Source: Thermoanaerobaculia bacterium (GTDB lineage Bacteria > Acidobacteriota > Thermoanaerobaculia > UBA5066). From it: a stretch of 64,000 nucleotides of DNA. Shown one piece after another: positions 1 through 8,616 of the stretch. The notes under the pieces are model-generated. The model had not been told where the DNA came from. It did no database searches and was given only the letters and a program-made list of their open reading frames with translations. The stretch lies in contig CAWFJJ010000028.1 of assembly GCA_963816185.1 (NCBI GenBank), positions 1 to 64,000 of the forward strand. Reading direction: 5' to 3'. Positions within the stretch are counted from its first letter, which is position 1; every line of letters begins with the position of its first letter. The position numbers were made by a program, and so were the translations under genes.

Positions 1-66
1 CCTATCGCGATTGGATCCGCTCCATCTAAGAAAATTAGGCATTTTAGCTAAGAGGCCTTAATTTTT

Positions 67-675
67 ATGGCGCTGACGCTTACCCCCAAACAAAAAGACA
101 TCCTTGACTTCATCCGAGCATACAGGCAGAAGAGGGGCCTTTCGCCCACGCAGAGAGAGATTTGCAAGGAGTTCGGGTACTCCTCGTTCGGCACTCTTCA
201 GAAGCACATCAAGCTGCTCCTCGAGAAAGGCGTTCTGGTGCGCGATTGGAACAAGCGCCGTTCCCTCGTACTGGCCGAGGAGGAGAAGCCCGCGGGCGCG
301 GTCGAGATCCCTCTCGCCGGGCGCATCGCGGCCGGGCAGCCCATCGAGCCCGAGCCAGAAGGTGAGACGGTCGCCGTTCCCGATGTGCTCACGCGGAAGG
401 GACAGAACTACGTCCTCCGCGTGAACGGCAGCTCGATGATCGACGACGGCATCCATGATGGCGACTTCGTCGTCGTGAACAAGCGGGAAAAGGCCTCGAA
501 CGGTGAAATGGTCGCCGCCCTCTTGAACGGGGAGGCCACGCTCAAGCGCTTTTATCGTGAGCCGGACGGCCGCATACGGTTGCAGCCCGCGAACGAGCGC
601 ATGTCGCCGATCTGGGTCTCGGAGGGGGATCTGAAAGTACAGGGCGTCGTCGTCGGTTTGATGAGGAAGTATTAG
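67..675 (+). CDS. lexA: SOS repressor LexA
   Basis: N-terminal wHTH (LTPKQKDIL...SPTQREI), IAAG cleavage site, S24 catalytic Ser (GSSM) and Lys (TLKRF). Confidence 0.97.
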   Translation: MALTLTPKQKDILDFIRAYRQKRGLSPTQREICKEFGYSSFGTLQKHIKLLLEKGVLVRDWNKRRSLVLAEEEKPAGAVEIPLAGRIAAGQPIEPEPEGETVAVPDVLTRKGQNYVLRVNGSSMIDDGIHDGDFVVVNKREKASNGEMVAALLNGEATLKRFYREPDGRIRLQPANERMSPIWVSEGDLKVQGVVVGLMRKY

Positions 676-699
676 GAAGGCTCGGCGTTTTCTTAGATG

Positions 700-723
700 C
701 GGCGGCTGCTGATGCAGCCGCCG
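700..723 (+). terminator. GC hairpin after lexA, possible terminator
   Basis: 10-bp stem CGGCGGCTGC-tgat-GCAGCCGCCG; no good U-tract. Confidence 0.4.
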
Positions 724-737
724 ATAGTTGAAATCTC

Positions 738-818
738 TTCCCCGGATGTCCGGTGTCAAGGGTCTTAGACCGCCACGCGGCGCGCGCAGCGCGCCCTTGA
801 CTCCGGACATCCGGGGAA
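738..818. repeat. Long inverted repeat (REP/MITE-like)
   Basis: Arms 738-762 and 794-818 match at 24/25 nt around a 31-nt loop. Confidence 0.85.
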
Positions 819-856
819 TATCCGACGCTCTTTCCTTCTCTTCCTAAGATGCATTC

Positions 857-1681
857 GTGAAATTCCGCCGTCTGGCGCTTCCGACGGGCCTCCATGTGAG
901 CTGTCTCGACGCGGGTGCGTCGCGTCCCTCCGGTTCGCCGCCGCTCGTCCTCCTGCACGGCATCGGGGCCGACCATGGCGAGTGGGCGCTCACGCTTCCG
1001 CTCTTCGCACGGCAGCGGCGCGTCGTCGCAATGGACCTCCTCGGCCACGGCAGAAGCGCCAAGCCGGCCGGCGCGGGCGTCGAATACCGGATTCGCCTGC
1101 TCGCGGACGCTGTCGTCGACGCGATAGAAGAGTTGCCGGACCAACCCGGGCGCGTGGATCTCCTCGGCCATTCCCTCGGCGGCGCCGTGGCGCTCGACGT
1201 GGTGCGGCGCTACCCGCGTCTCGTCCGGAGGCTCGTTCTCGTGGACGCGGCGGGACAGCCGGTCGGAGAGACCATCGACGTCCTCGCGGCTTCGCTGCCT
1301 TTCGTTCCGGGCAGTTACGCCGACGCGCGGCGCCTCCTGTCGACGAGCGTGAATTCGCGTTTTCTCGGGCATCCGCTCGTCGCCCTCGCGGCGACCCTCT
1401 ACAAGGGACGGCGGAAGAACCGGCCGCAGCTCATGAAGCTCGTGGCGTCGATGGCCGCGGGGGAGGACGCGGTGAGGCCGCGTGACCTCGCGAGAATCCC
1501 GCACCAGACGCTCGTCGTCTGGGGAGACCGCGACCGGATTTTTCCGCTCGCCGCGGGACAGCGCCTCGTGCGCGGCCTGCGGAACGCCCGCCTCGAGGTC
1601 CTGCCGCGCTGCGGGCACGTGCCGCCCACCGAGCGCCCGGTGGCGTTCGCGCGGCGCGTCATCGCGTTTCTCGACGCGTAG
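857..1681 (+). CDS. Alpha/beta fold hydrolase
   Basis: LLHG, GHSLGG nucleophile elbow, WGDRD acid, GH catalytic His. Confidence 0.93.
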   Translation: MKFRRLALPTGLHVSCLDAGASRPSGSPPLVLLHGIGADHGEWALTLPLFARQRRVVAMDLLGHGRSAKPAGAGVEYRIRLLADAVVDAIEELPDQPGRVDLLGHSLGGAVALDVVRRYPRLVRRLVLVDAAGQPVGETIDVLAASLPFVPGSYADARRLLSTSVNSRFLGHPLVALAATLYKGRRKNRPQLMKLVASMAAGEDAVRPRDLARIPHQTLVVWGDRDRIFPLAAGQRLVRGLRNARLEVLPRCGHVPPTERPVAFARRVIAFLDA

Positions 1682-1715
1682 CTCATCGCTCTTCGTGACT
1701 TATCCTCCCCTCAAC

Positions 1716-3491
1716 ATGCGCACGACACGCTTCACGGTCGCGATGCCGCGGCCCGAGACGCATCTTTACGAGATCACGATGGAGGTCGACCCGAAAGGAG
1801 CGACGACGCTCGACCTTGTCCTTCCCGTTTGGACTCCCGGTTCGTACCTCGTCCGCGAGTTCGCGCGACACGTGAGAGATTTTTCTGCGAGAGAGAAGGG
1901 CACCCGCGGGACCATTCCCGCCGAGAAGGTCGCAAAGAACATCTGGCGTCTCTCTTTACCTTCTAAGAAATCTCTCGGTCTCGTCTCCGTCTCCTATCGC
2001 GTCTACGCCCACGAGCTGAGCGTTCGCACGTCGCATCTCGACTCCTCGCACGGTTACGGCAACGGCGCGAACCTTTTCTTCTACGTGGACGGGAGGAAGG
2101 AGGAGCCGCACGAGCTGCTCTTCGCGCTCCCGCGCGGCTGGAAAGCTTCGATCGCCCTCCCGGCGCGCGGCCGTGTCTTTCGCGCCGCCGACTACGACGA
2201 GCTCGTGGATTCGCCCTTCGAGTGCGGAACGCACCGGACGTTCGAGTTCGCCGTGCACGGCGTGCCGCACACGCTCGCGATCTGGGGCGGCGGCAATGAA
2301 GACCCGGCGCGCCTCGCCAGGGATCTCAAGCGGCTCGTGCTCGAAGCGGCGGCCCTCTTCGGTGGCCTGCCGTACGAGCGATACCTGTTTCTCGTTCACC
2401 TGTCGGCCGGGGCCCGCGGGGGGCTCGAGCATCTCTCCTCCCAGTCGGTGGCGTTCGATCCTCACGCGTTTCGGCCCGAAAAGGCGTATCGGGACGCCCT
2501 TCTCGTCTTCTCGCACGAGCTGTTCCACGCCTGGAACGTCAAGCGCATCCGGCCCGAATCGTTCGGCCCCTTCGACTACGAAGGCGAGGTCTACACGAAG
2601 GACCTCTGGGCTCTCGAGGGTTTTACCTCCTACTACGAGGCGCTTCTCCTCGTGCGCGCCGGCCTCCTGACCGAGGCGCAGGCTTTCGAGGAGTGGATGA
2701 GACACTGGAAGGCGCACCTCGAGACACCGGGTCGATTCGTTCAGAGCGCCGAGTCGGCCTCCTTCGACGCGTGGATCCGCTTCTACCGTCCCGACGAGAA
2801 TTCGGTGAACGTGTCGGAAAGCTATTACCGCCGCGGCGCGATTCTCGGCCTCGCGCTCGACCTGACGCTCCGCCGCGCCACGGGCGGCCGGCGCGGCCTC
2901 GACGAGGTCTTCCGGCGCCTGTTCCGCACGTACGCCGCGAAGGGCCTGGGATATCCGCCGCGGGCCTTCGAAGACGCGGCGGCAAGGGTCGCCCCGTCGG
3001 GCGCCATGGTGCGGCGCTTTTTCGAACGCGCCGTGCGCGGGACCGGAACGCCGGATCTCGGGCGGCTCCTCGGGGCTGTGGGCCTGAGACTTCGCGAGGT
3101 GCCCGAGACCGAGGAGGGCGTGACGGAGGGGATGGCTCCGCGCCTCAGGGCCGATTTCGGATGGAAGACGAAAGTCGAGGACGGGCGGCTCGTCCTTGCG
3201 GAGGTCCACGACGAAGGGCCGGCCCTGCGCGCAGGCCTGAACGCGGGAGACGCGCTCGTCGCCTTCGACGCGCGCCGCGCCGGCGAGGAGCTGATCGCCC
3301 GGCTCGAGAAGGAGCGCAAGCCGGGAAGCGCCGTGAAGGTCACCGTGTTCCGGCGGGACATCCTGGAGACCCACCGCGTGCGTCTCGGCGGGAGGCGGGC
3401 GTCCGTCTGGAGGATCGAGGCCCTGCCCGACGCGTCGTCTGGCGCGAAGCGCCTGAAGAAGCGCTGGTTGAAGACGCGTGTCAGCGCTTGA
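1716..3491 (+). CDS. M61 glycyl aminopeptidase family with C-terminal PDZ
   Basis: PVWTPGSY, GGLEH, HELFHAWN zinc motif, EGFTSYY; start taken at ATG 1716. Confidence 0.93.
   Translation: MRTTRFTVAMPRPETHLYEITMEVDPKGATTLDLVLPVWTPGSYLVREFARHVRDFSAREKGTRGTIPAEKVAKNIWRLSLPSKKSLGLVSVSYRVYAHELSVRTSHLDSSHGYGNGANLFFYVDGRKEEPHELLFALPRGWKASIALPARGRVFRAADYDELVDSPFECGTHRTFEFAVHGVPHTLAIWGGGNEDPARLARDLKRLVLEAAALFGGLPYERYLFLVHLSAGARGGLEHLSSQSVAFDPHAFRPEKAYRDALLVFSHELFHAWNVKRIRPESFGPFDYEGEVYTKDLWALEGFTSYYEALLLVRAGLLTEAQAFEEWMRHWKAHLETPGRFVQSAESASFDAWIRFYRPDENSVNVSESYYRRGAILGLALDLTLRRATGGRRGLDEVFRRLFRTYAAKGLGYPPRAFEDAAARVAPSGAMVRRFFERAVRGTGTPDLGRLLGAVGLRLREVPETEEGVTEGMAPRLRADFGWKTKVEDGRLVLAEVHDEGPALRAGLNAGDALVAFDARRAGEELIARLEKERKPGSAVKVTVFRRDILETHRVRLGGRRASVWRIEALPDASSGAKRLKKRWLKTRVSA
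1952..1975 (-). repeat. Dispersed 23-bp motif copy within M61 peptidase
   Basis: Reverse complement reads AGAGATTTCTTAGAAGGTAAAGAG. Confidence 0.85.
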
Positions 3492-4938
3492 AGAAGCCGG
3501 CCTGGGGTGTTCCGGCCGGAACGGCGTTCATCCCGCTCGTTCCAAGGAGCTTCTGGTTCAGGTCCCGGATCCGCTCGTTGAGCTGGGCGACCTTCGCTGC
3601 CATCTCCTGGCGCTGCCGCTCGGCGTCACCCTTGACTTTCTGGATCTCGTTTTCAGCCTCCGCCCCCTGCTGGGCCTTGGCCTGGATCATCCGATCCCTC
3701 TCCGAGAGGTCGGCCTCGAGCGACGAGATGAGCTCGTCTTTCTCGGTCAGGCGCAGCCGCCACTTCTCTTCCTGCTCTTCGTAAAGGCGCTTCACATCCA
3801 TGAGCTCGGTGATGGCGGAGAAGTCGTTCGCGGATGGGGACATGATTCCTCCTCGGCCGCGCTCCTCGATTTTCGGGAAGAGCTTCCGGAGCTTGAGTGA
3901 GAGGTCTTCGGGATCGGACGACAGCTTCATCGCGACGTTCACGTCGATCGCGCCGTTCACGAGGAGCGCGATGAGCGACTGGTTCATCGACTGCATCTTG
4001 AAATAGGCGACCGAGGTCTCGATCTCTTCGGGGATGTCCTTCGTCTCGCCGGTCTCGATCTGCTTGGCGATCTTCGGCGAGTTGATGAGGATCTCGACGA
4101 CGGGTATGAGGCCCTTGCCGTCTACGCGGTCGATGAGCTGCATGGAGATGATCGCCCGGAGCACGAGCGCGAGCTGGCGGCGCACCTGGTTCTGCTGCGC
4201 CGGCGGGCACGAGTCCATGATGCGGTCGATCGTCTGGGACGCGCTGTTCGTGTGGAGCGTTGAGTAAACGAGATGTCCCGTCTCGGCCGCCGTGATCGCG
4301 GTCGACATCGTCTCCCAGTCGCGCATCTCGCCGACCATGATGACGTCGGGGTCCTGCCGCATCACGTTGCGAAGGGCTTCGGGAAAAGAAACCGTGTCGG
4401 TCCCCATCTCGCGCTGCGAGACGGAGGCCATGTTGTCCTGGAAGAGGTATTCGATCGGGTCCTCGATCGTGACGATGTGGACGGGATGACGCTCGGTGAT
4501 GAGCTTGACCATCGCCGCGAGCGTCGTCGACTTGCCGGATCCGGTCGGGCCCGTCACGAGGACGAGGCCGGCGGGCAGGTCGGCGAACGTCTCGATGACC
4601 TCGGGCAGGTTCAGGGCGGCGACCTGCGGGATCTGATAGGGAATGCGGCGAAAGACGGCGGTCCATGTGCCGCGCTGCAGGTAGATGTTGCCGCGGAAGC
4701 GCGCGACGCCGGTGATGCCGTAGCCGATGTCGACGGCGTAGTTCTGCTGGAGCTTGTCCCGCTGGTACGGCGTCAGGATGGGGAGGACCATGTCCTCGAT
4801 CTCCTTCGGCGAGAGCGGGTCGGTCTTGAGGGGCACGAGCCTGCCATTGACGCGAAGGAGGGGCGGACGGCCGGGCTTCAGATGGAGATCCGACGCCTCC
4901 TTCTTCGTGACGAACTTCAGAAGCTCGGTAAGGTCCAT
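3481..4938 (-). CDS. pilT: PilT/PilU family type IV pilus ATPase with C-terminal coiled-coil extension
   Basis: ASDLH, GPTGSGKST Walker A, TIEDPIE, RQDPDVIMVGEMRD, ETGHLV.STLH. Confidence 0.9.
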   Translation of the reverse strand: MDLTELLKFVTKKEASDLHLKPGRPPLLRVNGRLVPLKTDPLSPKEIEDMVLPILTPYQRDKLQQNYAVDIGYGITGVARFRGNIYLQRGTWTAVFRRIPYQIPQVAALNLPEVIETFADLPAGLVLVTGPTGSGKSTTLAAMVKLITERHPVHIVTIEDPIEYLFQDNMASVSQREMGTDTVSFPEALRNVMRQDPDVIMVGEMRDWETMSTAITAAETGHLVYSTLHTNSASQTIDRIMDSCPPAQQNQVRRQLALVLRAIISMQLIDRVDGKGLIPVVEILINSPKIAKQIETGETKDIPEEIETSVAYFKMQSMNQSLIALLVNGAIDVNVAMKLSSDPEDLSLKLRKLFPKIEERGRGGIMSPSANDFSAITELMDVKRLYEEQEEKWRLRLTEKDELISSLEADLSERDRMIQAKAQQGAEAENEIQKVKGDAERQRQEMAAKVAQLNERIRDLNQKLLGTSGMNAVPAGTPQAGFFKR

Positions 4939-4967
4939 CTCGATGTCGGCTCTGAGTTCATTTTACT

Positions 4968-6293
4968 TCAACAGGGCCGCTGCGCGCGCGGAATCTCACG
5001 CAGCCGGCGGAGCCAGGCCCGGGCCGCGTGCGGCCCGTGAATTTCCGAAGATGCGAGAGCGAGGTCGAAGGCGGCGAGGGCTCGCCCGAGCTCTGGCCCT
5101 TCCTCGAGGCCGAGGAGAGAAGAGATTTCTTTGAAAGGAAGAGGGCGGGTCGGCTTCAGAATCCGGCGGAGCGATGCAGGGCGCCGGAGGATCTCTTGGG
5201 CCGCGCGGGCCAGCTCTCTGGCCCGCGAGTCGCCGGCTGCCAGGAGGAAAGCGATGGATTCTGCTTCGAAAGGGGAAGAGAGGCGAAGGAGCGCGGCCAC
5301 GTCATGTCGCGAGGGAGGGCGGCGGGCGGCGCGTGGCCCCGAGAGCGGGAGAGCGTAGAGCCTGCCCGCTAGCCGCAGCTCCTCCCGGCTGGTCTTCCAC
5401 CTTCTAAGAGAATTTTCGGCTCTCTTCGGACCCATCGGGAGAAGTAGGAGCGCCCGCGCGACACGGGGGTCGCGGGAGTCGAGGCGGGAGACGAGGGAGA
5501 GACCGCGGCGCCGCTGGCGCGCCGCCGTGCCGGGAAAGAGATTGCCGCGCCGCCCACGCGGCGCGCTGCTTAGAAGGAGGGATTCGAGAGCGCCGACGCG
5601 CTCGAGAAACCGCAGGCCCTGCACCCTTCCGGCGGCGGGCGCGCCGAGGAGCTTGTCGAGCTCGACGAGGCGTCTTTCGGCAGCGACCATTCGAAGCATC
5701 TTCGCGGCCTTACGAAGTTCCGGGATGGCCGCTCGAGCGATATGGAACCGGGGCAGCTCCGCGAGAAACCGCGCGGCCCTGAGGACCCTCAGAGGATCTT
5801 CCAGGAAGACCCCGGGCCGCGGCGGAGCAAGCCGTCTTCCTTTCAGATCGTCGAGCGCGCCAGGCGCGCTCGAGAACGCGCCTCCCGGGAGAGAGAAGGA
5901 GAGCGTGTTCACGGTGAAGTCGCGCCGAAGGAGGTCTTGAGCGGCGTCCTCCGCCTCTTCCCAGACGTCGATCTCGTGCGCGCCAAATGGCACCTTGAGG
6001 ATGCGCTTCGGCGGGGCGCCGATCCGCACGACGCGTGATCCGGCCCGCGTCGCGAGCTCCGTCGCGAGCCTTTCGGCGCTCAGCGGCGGCGCGACGAGGT
6101 CGAGATCTCCGCCCCTCCTTCCGAGGAACGCGTCGCGCACCGCTCCTCCGACGGCCCGGACACCGTCCTCCGGGCGCGCGAGGGACGCCGCGGCTGCAGC
6201 GTCGGCACGCCGGAGCAGAGAACGGAAGCCGCGCCGGATCGCGGGGTCGCTCGTCAGCGGGAGGCCTCGTCGCGCCCCGTCGGGGCGGGCCAT
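4968..6293 (-). CDS. CCA-adding enzyme / poly(A) polymerase family nucleotidyltransferase
   Basis: VGGAVRD...DLD, DLLRRDFTVN, EDPLRVLRAARF; start uncertain. Confidence 0.88.
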   Translation of the reverse strand: MARPDGARRGLPLTSDPAIRRGFRSLLRRADAAAAASLARPEDGVRAVGGAVRDAFLGRRGGDLDLVAPPLSAERLATELATRAGSRVVRIGAPPKRILKVPFGAHEIDVWEEAEDAAQDLLRRDFTVNTLSFSLPGGAFSSAPGALDDLKGRRLAPPRPGVFLEDPLRVLRAARFLAELPRFHIARAAIPELRKAAKMLRMVAAERRLVELDKLLGAPAAGRVQGLRFLERVGALESLLLSSAPRGRRGNLFPGTAARQRRRGLSLVSRLDSRDPRVARALLLLPMGPKRAENSLRRWKTSREELRLAGRLYALPLSGPRAARRPPSRHDVAALLRLSSPFEAESIAFLLAAGDSRARELARAAQEILRRPASLRRILKPTRPLPFKEISSLLGLEEGPELGRALAAFDLALASSEIHGPHAARAWLRRLREIPRAQRPC

Positions 6294-8287
6294 ACGATGC
6301 TCTTCACGTTCGAGCCGTCCGCTTCGGGATACGCCGTGAGCTCGACTCGCATCGCGTCGGCGAGCCGCCGCGCGACGGAAAGCCCGAATTCGCCGCCGCT
6401 GCGCGCCGACCCGACATCGTCGAAAAGGTGAGCCGTCCTTTCGGAGGAGAGCGTGGGGCCGCGATCCACGATCCGAATCACCGTGCAGTCGCCCTCGCGC
6501 GACGCAGAGAGAAGAACGGTCTCGGCCGACCGCGGTGTGGTCCTCAAAGAGTGGTCCACGAGGTTCGTGACGAGCCGTTCGATCTTTTCGCGGTCGCCGC
6601 TGACGCGGGGGAGCCCTTTCGGCACGTCCACCCGGAGCCTCAAGCCGCGCTTGAACGCCGACGCCGAGAGAGTGCCCGAGAGGCCGCGCACGACCTCGCC
6701 CAGATCCACTTCGGAGAGATGGACGGTGGCGCGCGCGCGCCCCGTGACCGCGGCGTCCAGGACGTCCGCGATGAGCCTCTCGAGACGGGAGAGCCCGTCC
6801 GCGGCGGTCTTCAGAAGCTGCGTCGGGCGCTCGGGGACCTCGGCAGCGAGATCGGTCAGGACGACCTCCAGGTAGCTCTGCACGATCGCGAGAGGAGTTC
6901 TCAGCTCGTGTGCGGCCGCCGTCCAGAAGCGCCCGCGCACGGCCTCGGCCTCGCGCACGCTCGCCTGCAGGCTTTCGAGCTGCCGCGACGTCTCCGCCAG
7001 TTCCTTCGCGAGCACCTTCTCCCGCGCGTCGCGCGTGCTCTCCTTCCGCCGGTCGCGCAGGGTGAGCGTCGACCAGCCCGCCTGGCCGGCCGTCTCGTCC
7101 GGCGTCGGCATCGAGATGACCTCGACGGGAATCGTCTCGCCTGAGGCCGTGAGAAGACGCAGCCGCTCCCGCGTGAGAAGGGAGCCGTCCGGGCGCGGCG
7201 CCTCGTCGAACGTCTCCTCCGGGCCGAGCGGCCGGAGCAGCACGTGATAGTCGAGTCCGACGAGCTCGGGCTCGACGCGGCCCGTCATCGCGCAGAACGG
7301 CGGGTTCACGATCAGGATCTCCCCGGTCGGCCCCACCATCGCGGTCGCGTCGGGGATTCCCATGAGGATGCGCTGCACGGTGCGCAGGCGCTTGCGGTCG
7401 GGGTTCTTCTCCAGAGCCTCGCGGGGCTGGCCCGCCTCGTGTGCGGCCCGGAAAAGGCGGGCGGCGGCCCCGAGCAGCGCCACGTCCACGAGGCCGAACG
7501 GCACGCGCTCGCGGACGGCGTGAAGGTAGAGGTCGCTTCCCTCGCCGGGGAGCTGCCGGCAGAGCAGGGACCGGATCGGCGCGCCCTCGAGGTAGCCCTT
7601 GGCGTCTCCCATGAGGGGATCACGGTCGATCTCTTCCACGAGGACCGGGCCCGATCGCGTCGCGGCGGCGCGCAGCTCCGGATAGCGCGCGATCTCCACC
7701 TCACGGCCGACGACACCCGTCCCGAGGCTCGAGCCCTGGAGCGTCGCGACGGCCGAGCCCGCCTTCCACCTGAAGAGGCTCACCCGCGAGGCATCGAGGG
7801 AGAGCGAAAGCGCACGGAGGGCGTGCTCCGTGAAATCGCGGCCCTCCGCCGCGAACTGCTCCCACAGCTCCAGGAGGGCGGTGAGCTGGACGCGGGAAAG
7901 GAGAATCGCCGGGGCCGGGTCGTCCGAGTCCTCCCCGAGCGCCGCGGTCGCGCGATTCCACGGGCTTCGCGCGATCGTCTCGAGGGCCAGGGGCCGGCGG
8001 GGGGCGCCGTCGTCCGCGAGGACGAACACCGAGGGGGGAGCGATCGCGTGTGGCAGGAGGGAAAGCAGGGTTGCGGCGTCTGCCGCGGTGCCGGGCGGGA
8101 CCACGAGAAGGACGTCCGGCATCGAAGAGTAGAGCAGCGTGCCGGCCTCCTCGAGCGTACCTGCCACGAGAACTTCGGTGCCTGCCTTCTCGAGCGGGCC
8201 CCGAATGGCCTCCGGCACGTCGCCGCCCGGGCGAAAGAGAAGAAAGGGCCTCATGCCTCGGATCTCTGTCGACGACGGTACGGGCAT
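6254..8287 (-). CDS. Sensor histidine kinase-like protein (receiver-like, GAF, PAS, HisKA, degenerate HATPase)
   Basis: AAHELRTPL H-box, PAS (GIPDA..VGPTGEIL.VN), weak N/G boxes. Confidence 0.8.
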   Translation of the reverse strand: MPVPSSTEIRGMRPFLLFRPGGDVPEAIRGPLEKAGTEVLVAGTLEEAGTLLYSSMPDVLLVVPPGTAADAATLLSLLPHAIAPPSVFVLADDGAPRRPLALETIARSPWNRATAALGEDSDDPAPAILLSRVQLTALLELWEQFAAEGRDFTEHALRALSLSLDASRVSLFRWKAGSAVATLQGSSLGTGVVGREVEIARYPELRAAATRSGPVLVEEIDRDPLMGDAKGYLEGAPIRSLLCRQLPGEGSDLYLHAVRERVPFGLVDVALLGAAARLFRAAHEAGQPREALEKNPDRKRLRTVQRILMGIPDATAMVGPTGEILIVNPPFCAMTGRVEPELVGLDYHVLLRPLGPEETFDEAPRPDGSLLTRERLRLLTASGETIPVEVISMPTPDETAGQAGWSTLTLRDRRKESTRDAREKVLAKELAETSRQLESLQASVREAEAVRGRFWTAAAHELRTPLAIVQSYLEVVLTDLAAEVPERPTQLLKTAADGLSRLERLIADVLDAAVTGRARATVHLSEVDLGEVVRGLSGTLSASAFKRGLRLRVDVPKGLPRVSGDREKIERLVTNLVDHSLRTTPRSAETVLLSASREGDCTVIRIVDRGPTLSSERTAHLFDDVGSARSGGEFGLSVARRLADAMRVELTAYPEADGSNVKSIVWPAPTGRDEASR

Positions 8288-8324
8288 GCCTTTCGGGCGT
8301 CAAGCAGGCCGCTATACTTTCGCG

Positions 8325-8612
8325 ATGAGGATCGATCCCGCGCTCGTCTCGAGGGTGGCTTCGCTCGCAGCCCTCGAGCTCTCCGACGCGGAGCGCGAGG
8401 AGATGTCGGTGCAGCTCACGCGGATCGTCGAGCATTTCGAAGCACTGAGAGATCTGCCGGAGTCTCTGCTGGAAGGCGCCGCGCCCGCGCGCGCGACGCC
8501 GCTGAGGGAAGACGCCGCCCGCGACTGCTCGCCCGGCCCCCTGATCGAAGCGAACGCGCCCGCCTTCCAACACGGGCACTTCGTGGTGCCGCGCGTCGTG
8601 ACGAGGGACTGA
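8325..8612 (+). CDS. gatC: Asp/Glu-tRNA amidotransferase subunit C
   Basis: VASLAALEL, TPLRED, NAP...GHFVVPRV; directly precedes gatA. Confidence 0.92.
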   Translation: MRIDPALVSRVASLAALELSDAEREEMSVQLTRIVEHFEALRDLPESLLEGAAPARATPLREDAARDCSPGPLIEANAPAFQHGHFVVPRVVTRD

Positions 8613-8616
8613 CCGT

